In this document: in pieces, positions 57,154 through 64,000 of the stretch
Layout: every line of letters begins with the position of its first letter
Position numbering within the stretch: position 1 is the first letter of the stretch
From: Octopus vulgaris
Lineage: Eukaryota
Reading direction: 5' to 3'
NCBI GenBank assembly: GCA_951406725.2
Contig: OX597829.1
Location: 57,908,001 to 57,972,000, forward strand
DNA: 64,000 nucleotides
Made by a program: the position numbers and the translations under genes
The notes under the pieces: generated by a model
Databases searched by the model: none
What the model was told of the DNA's origin: nothing
The model's input: only the letters and a program-made list of their open reading frames with translations

Positions 57154-58334
57154 AAACATCTCGCACTCCTGCAACAATCACCAGCAAGATGGCGTGGGAG
57201 GGGACACACACGGCCACCTTCAGCAAGTTTTTCAAAATAATTTTTCATCTGACCAACCTGAAAAACTGATAAAAGGGGAAAAAAAAATTTTTCAAAAAAA
57301 ATTAAGAAGTTTTCACATTTTTCTTTTGCTCTTCTTTCTTACTTTTTTTTTTTTCACCAAAACTGCAAATTCGAGCGTGAAAAATAGTCTGCAAATTTCA
57401 TTTTTTTTTTGTGTGTGTGTGTTTGTTTTTTGTTTTTCACATGCTGCAATTGGCAGTCTTCAACCTTTTCCGTCTTCCGTGGGTCGATGGAGCGTCCAAT
57501 CCGTCGCTTTCAGACCCCGAGTCATTGGTGTATGCGGAAACCTGCGTCGAGGACCTCACTGTATGAATTGCCGTGTATGAACCTGTGTTTTTAGCCTTTT
57601 CAAGAGCACGTACTATAAAAAGAAAATTTAAGAAAATTAATTTTAAAAATCATAAGAAATAACATTTTCAAAATCTTACACTACGATGGGACAGTCAAAA
57701 ATTAAGGCCATTTTGTTTAGGACAGGTTTAATTACCAATACAGGAACATGTATCATACATCAAAATGAAGCTGGTCCTCTGTGGATCACATCCCTACTTC
57801 TCAACATAGTCTTCACTCTTTACTCTTTTACTTGTTCAGTGCTTCGAACACTGCCTTTAGTCAAACAAATCAACCCCAGGACTTATTCTTTGTAAGCCTA
57901 GTACTTATTCTATCGATCTCTTTTGCCAAACCACTAAGTTACGGGGACGTAAACACACCAGCATCGGTTGTCAAATGTTAGGGGGACAAACACAGACACA
58001 CAAATACATACACAAACATATATACGACGGGCATCTTTCAGTTTCCGTCTACTAAATCCACTCACAAGGCTTTGGTTGGCTCGAGGCTATATTAGAAGAC
58101 ATTTGTCCATGGTTCCACGCAGTTAGACAGAACCCGGAACAATGTTGTTGTTAAGCAAGCTACTTACCACACAGCCACTCCTACGCCTACATATATATAT
58201 ATATATATACATTACATATATACATATGTATATATATACATATATATCATTATCGTTTAACAGGTATCCAGAGTATACATATTTATATATATGTATATAT
58301 GTGTATGCGTGTGTGTATATATATGTATGTACAT

Positions 58335-59356
58335 ATGCATGTATGTATATCACGTGAAAAACAACATTCGAGCGAGGTCACTGACAGTGCCGCCTGACTG
58401 GTCCTTGTGACGGTGGCACGTAAAAAAAACCACTACACTCTCGGAGTGGTTGGCATTAGGAAGGGCATCCAGCTGTAGAAACTCTGCCAGATCAGACTGG
58501 AGACTGGTGCAGCCATCTGGTTCGCCAGTCCTCAGTTAAATTGTCCAACCCATGCCAGCATGGAAAGCAGTCGTTAAACGATGATGACAATGATGTGCCT
58601 GGTCTTCCTGGATCTACCTCTTCCACAGGATCCCTCAACCTCTAAGGTGTGGTACTTTTTCACACAGCCATCCTCATCCATTGTCGCCACATGACAATAC
58701 CAGCACAGTCATCTCTCTTGCACACCACATCTGATGCTTCTCAAGTCCAACTTCTCTCTCAGGGTACTTATACTCTGTCGGGTATGCACACTGACATTAC
58801 ACATCCATTGGAGCATACTGGCTTCATTCCTTGTAAGCTTACGCATGTCCTCAGCAGTCACAGCCCATGTTTCACTGCCATGTAGCATGGCTGTGTGTAC
58901 ACATGCGTCATACAGTCTGCCTTTTACTCTGAGCGAGCGGCCCTTTGTCGCCAGCAGAGGTAAGAGCTCTCTGAACTTTGCCCAGGCTATTCTTATTCCA
59001 GCAGCTACACTTTCAGCACACTCTCCCCCTCTACTGACTAAGTCACCAAGGTAACGGAAGCTATCAACTACTTCTAGTTTTTCTCCCTGGAATGTGGCAG
59101 AAGTTGTTCCCTGCACATTTTCAGTGTTTATTGCTCCTGAGCATCTTCCCAGTTAGCCTTCCTTTGACGTTGCTGCACCTCTTATGTGTCCATAGCTTAT
59201 ACTGGGTACATCTTATGAGGTTTCTACCTATACCTTTTCTACCTGAGGGATCTGAGCTTTGTCTGCCTTCCTGCTTATTAAGACATTGGTTTTAGCTAGG
59301 TTGATTCTAAAGGCCTTCGATTCACTATCAGAACCAGAGGTGTGGAAGCAAGGGTA
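58335..59356 (-). mobile_element. RTE fragments with the same 5' inversion as 48288
   Basis: ORF 58709-59116; junction ccttcgat/tcactatcagaaccagagg. Confidence 0.85.
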
Positions 59357-62300
59357 TCATCATCATCATTTAACATCCGTTTTCCATACTAGCATGGGTT
59401 GGACGGTTCGACCAGGGTCTGGCAAGCCATGGAGGCTGCACCAGGCTCCAGTCTGATTTGGCAGTGTTTCTACAGCTGGATGCCCTTCCTAACGCCAACC
59501 ACTTTGTGAGTGTAGTGGGTGTTTTTTATGTGCCACCAGCACAGGGGCCAGAGCAGGCTGGCAAACGGCCACGATCAGTTGGTGCGTTTACGTGTCACCG
59601 ACACGGACGCCAGTCAGGCGACGCTAGTATCTGCTGCGTTCGGAAAGTGCTTTTTACGTGTCACCGGCATGGGTGTGTTAACTACAATTTCCATTTTATA
59701 TTTATTTTGATGTTGATGTACTTGACTCAATAGGAAGCACAGCAGATCACCCTACAATCCAAGGTTGGCACAGCAGACCATCCTGCAATCCATGAACTCA
59801 CTTCATTTGTCGGGTCTTCAAAGTCACAGCATATCTCCATAGGTCTCGGTCTTTCATCATAGCCTTTGTGAGCCCAATGTACAAAGGTCATGCTTGACCA
59901 CCTCGTCCCATGTCTTCCTGGGTCTACCTCTACCCCGGATTCCTTCAACAGTTTAGGAGTGGCACTTCTTCACACATCTCTCCTCATCCATCCATAGAAC
60001 ATGACCGTACCATCGCAATCGTCTCTCCTGCACGCTGCATCCAATGCTTCTTATGTCCAACATTTCTCTCAGGACGCTGACACTGTCGTGCATGGACACT
60101 GACATTGCACATCCAGCTGATCATGCTAGCTTCATTTCTTTCAAGCCTACACATGTCCTCCACAGTCACAGCCCATGTTTCACTGCCATGAAGCATGGCA
60201 GTTCGCACACATGTGTCATACAATCTACCTTTCACTCTGAGCAAGAGACCCTTTGTCACCAGTAGGGGGAGAAGCTTCCTAAACTTTGCCCAAGCTATTC
60301 TTATTCTAGTGGTAACACTCTCTAAGCATCCACCCCTGCTACTAACTTGGTCACCTAGGTAGCAGAAACTATCAACTACAAGGGACGTTCAATAAGTAAT
60401 GCCCCTGACCCACTTACAGTTGTTTGATCTAGCTGAAATTTTGCATGTGCAATTATTTATATCTCTATAGATTAAGTGGCAAATTACAGCTCTGAACTAA
60501 TTGTGGTTTCTGATTTACAGGTGTTTGAACTGAGTCAAGTGTGAAATGGAGCCTGTTGAGTGTCGAGCAGTGATCCAGTTTTTGTATTTGAAAGGATACA
60601 CACCATGGGAGACTTTTGATGAAATGAAAATAACTTATGGTGATGATGCCCCATCATATGACCTTGTGAAACGCTGGCATTGTGAATTCAAACATGGTCG
60701 GAACTCTGTGGAAACAGCTCCCACATCTGGTGGCCCCCCTTCTGCCATTGATGAGGCATCTGTCCGTCAAGTTGAGGCTGCCATTTTGGAAGATCAACGC
60801 ATAACTATTCGCCAAATAGCCCATGAGGTCAAGATTAGTACCGGGTCTGTGGAAACTATCATTCATGACCATTTGCATATGCAAAAGGTGTCTGCCAGAT
60901 GGATTCCCAGGTTGCTCACACCTTTCCAGAAGCAAGAACGCGTCGAGTGCTCAAGGGTGAATTTGGAGATGTGCCAAGAAGATGAGTCAAAATTTTTCAA
61001 AACACTGATTACACAGGATGAAACCTGGGTCCATCACTATGATCCAGAGACCAAAGCCCAGTCAATGCAGTAGAAGCACCGTGACTCACCTCCTCCAAAG
61101 AAGGCAAGGGTGCAGCCCTCCGCTGGCAAGGTCACGCTCACAGTCTTCTGGGACTAGGACGGAGTAGTGATGACAGATTTCCTGGCAAAGGGTACCACAA
61201 TTACAGGAGCCTATTATGCTTCACTTTTGAGGAAATTAAGAGAAGCTATCAAAATCAAGAGGCGGGGCAAGATCAGCAAAGGCATCCTCCTCCTGCAGGA
61301 CAACGCTCCGTTCCACAACTCGCGTGTCGCCAGATCAGAAGCACAGGCATGCAGCTATGAACTCCTCCCCCATCCCCCTACTCTCCTGACCTTGCACCCT
61401 CTGATTTCACCTCTTCCCAGCCATGAAGTTGTTTTTGAAAGGAAAGCATTTCCCAGATGATGCAGCCTTGCTTTCTGAAGTCACATCATGGATGGAGGAC
61501 CTAGCTGGGGTCTTCTACAAAAACGGTCTGCAGAGTTGCATCAAACGATGGGAGAAATGCGTAACTCTGGGTGGTTCCTATGTAGAAAACGACTAATAAC
61601 TGTGCCAAGTTTCGTTGCTCTACTGCTATGGGAAGTGGGTCAGGGGCATTACTTACTGAACGCCCCTCATACTTCTAGTTTCTCCCCAAGGAGTGTAATG
61701 GAATTTGTTTCCTGAGTATCAATGGTGTCTATTGCCCCTGTGCATCTGCCGCACACGAAAGCTATCTTCTCGGTTAATTTTTCTTTGATATTGCTGCACC
61801 TCTTATGTGTCCATAGCTTACACTGGGTACATCTTACGGAGTTTCTACCTACACCTTTTCTACAGATCAATCAGGGCCACCTACCTGAAGCGGTATGAGG
61901 TGAGTTTGCCTTCCTACTTACTGGAACTTTGGTCTTTGCTACATTGACTCTAAGGCCTTTTGATTCTAAACCTATCTTCCACACACAAAACTTCTTCTCT
62001 AGTTCCGGTAGCGATTCTGCTATGAGGACTAGGTCATCAGCATAGAGGAGCTTCCAGGGACAACCCATCTTGAATTCCTCTGTTATTGCCTGGAGGACTA
62101 TGATGAATAGAAGGGAGCTGAGGGCTGAGACTTGGTGGACGCCAACTTCTACCCGGAATTCTTCACTGTACTCATTGCCAATCCTAACCTTACTACTAGC
62201 CTCTCTGTAGAGGGCCTGTACAGCCCTTATTAACCATTCGTCAATCTCCAGTTTCCGCATTGCCCATGAGATAAGGGATCGGGGGACCCTGTCAAAGGCT

Positions 62301-63080
62301 TTCTTCAAGTCCACAAAAGCTAAGTATAGGAGTTTATCGTTAGCTGGGTATTTCTCCTGCAGTTGTTGAACCATGAATATGGCATCAGTGGTGCTTCTGT
62401 CAGGCAAAAAACCAAACTGCGTCTCATCTAGGCTAACTCTCTCCTTAATTAGTTGGGCTATGACCCTCTCCGTGACCTTCATTACCTGTTTGATACCCCT
62501 GTAGTTATTTCTATCTAGAGCATCACCTTTACCCTTGTAGCAGTTGACTATGGTGCTGCTACACCAGTCATCGAGTATGACTCCATCATGAACTACTTGG
62601 TTTACAATGCGGGTGACTAGGCCATAGCCCACACCACCACATGTTTTAAGCATCTCGGCAGTGATACCTGATGGGCCGGGGGCTTTTCCTGACTTGATAC
62701 CCTTAATTGCTTTATCTACTAGGGAGCTGTCTATTTGGATAGCTGGTCCCTCTACTGGGTCAACATTTGGCAGGCTCTCCTCCTCCCATTCATTTTCCAC
62801 ATTCAGCAGTCTTTCATAATGTCTTCTCCAAGCCTCTTTCTTTTCAGAATCATTAAAAGCATGTGTGACATCACAATTTTCTCTCACACACTGTCTTGCA
62901 ATCTGAAATACCTCAGTTCTTTGGTCCTCACGTTGTTGGACATTGGCAAACTTCTTTTCCACTACGCTCTTGGCAATGTATACCTGCCGCCCAGCCTCCC
63001 TTTTGGCTACCTGGTACAGTTCCCTGCTACCCCCATCCTTCCAGGCCTGTTTCTTTGCCCTGATGGCCTTGTCTACTGTC
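59357..63080 (-). mobile_element. Long RTE LINE interrupted by a mariner
   Basis: 363-aa RT ORF 61871-62962 (AFVDLKKAFD, LYADD); 3' UTR; (GAT)n. Confidence 0.93.
60379..61669 (+). mobile_element. Full-length mariner (~1.29 kb) with TA TSD, disrupted transposase
   Basis: Splits RTE atcaacTA|cttctag; TIRs; SARWIPRLL, ITQDETW, QDNAP. Confidence 0.93.
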
Positions 63081-64000
63081 TATATATATATATATTTTGA
63101 AATAGACTGTAAAAATCTTCTTCATCATCATCATCATCATTTAACGTCCGCTTTCCATGCTGGCATGGGTTGGACGATTTGACTGAGGACTGGCAAACCA
63201 GATGGCTGCACCAGGCTCCAATCTGATCTGGTAGAGTTTCTAAAGCTGGATGCCCTTCCTAATGCCAACCACTCCGAGAGTATAATGGATGCTCTTTACA
63301 TCACCAGCAGAGGTAAGAGCTCTCTGAACTTTACCCAGGCTATTCTTATTCTAGCAGCTACACTATCAGAGCAGCCACCATTGCTACAGACGTGGTCACG
63401 TAGGCACCAGAAGCTATCAACTACTTCTAGTTTTTCTCCCTAGAGTGTAACAAAAGCAGTTCTCCGCACATTTTCTGTTCTCATAGCACCAATAATGGAA
63501 AATAACGAGATGTTTACTGTAAATCCTCAAGTATAGTCCGCCCTTGAGTATAATACACAGGAGATTTTTAGGGGGCTGTACCTCTGCAAAACCTAAACCT
63601 TGTGTATAATACGCACCCCTTCTCTAACTTGAGTCAAGGAATCTATATAACGTCCTTGGTTTTAAAACTGTATATGGTAACGTCCTTTATTATTATTGTA
63701 TATATAACACAATGCAAATGTGTAGCTTTTTGTACATTTTGTTTGTAGAAAATAAAGAAATAACAGTAATAACGTTTAATAAATGTTGCTTACTGCAAGT
63801 TATGGATGATTCTTTTATGATTTCATTGCTTTCAGGCTTAGCTTAAGATATTTTCACACCCAACATCACAAAATGCGTTTGAATAAACATTACCGGACAG
63901 CAAATAGAGACTTGAACATTGCTTAGAAAATAATTTTCATTTTTAACCTGGTATATAATACGCACTAGGGATTTTGACCTTTAAATTTGGAGGAAAAAAT

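Overview
Eukaryotic, repeat-dense animal DNA. The SINE, RTE and microsatellite content resembles an octopus (coleoid cephalopod) genome; this is inferred from recall and was not checked by search. The only host gene I can support is a + strand ABCB8 (mitochondrial half-size ABC transporter). Sixteen GT-AG exons between 2195 and 45418 join in frame to 570 codons plus a TAA stop, and the N-terminal exons lie upstream of the window. The rest is transposon debris: RTE LINEs with (GAT)n tails, tRNA-derived SINEs, Tc1/mariner, pogo-type MITEs, hAT, R4/Dong fragments, ORF1-only Tx1-like retroelements and Penelope-like remnants. The most interesting signals are structural. (1) Four different minimal type-I hammerhead ribozyme families sit in the introns; one forms a tRNA-head plus hammerhead unit that occurs in tandem and next to a Penelope GIY-YIG fragment. 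(2) The RTE 3' UTRs are built from expandable arrays of a small H-type pseudoknot plus hairpin, up to 15 motif copies. (3) A C4HC3 PHD finger is inserted inside the RTE reverse transcriptase. (4) Perfect fold-back palindromes mark the inversion junctions of Penelope-like insertions. (5) An inverted pair of near-identical Tc1 copies brackets three ABCB8 exons totalling 327 nt.
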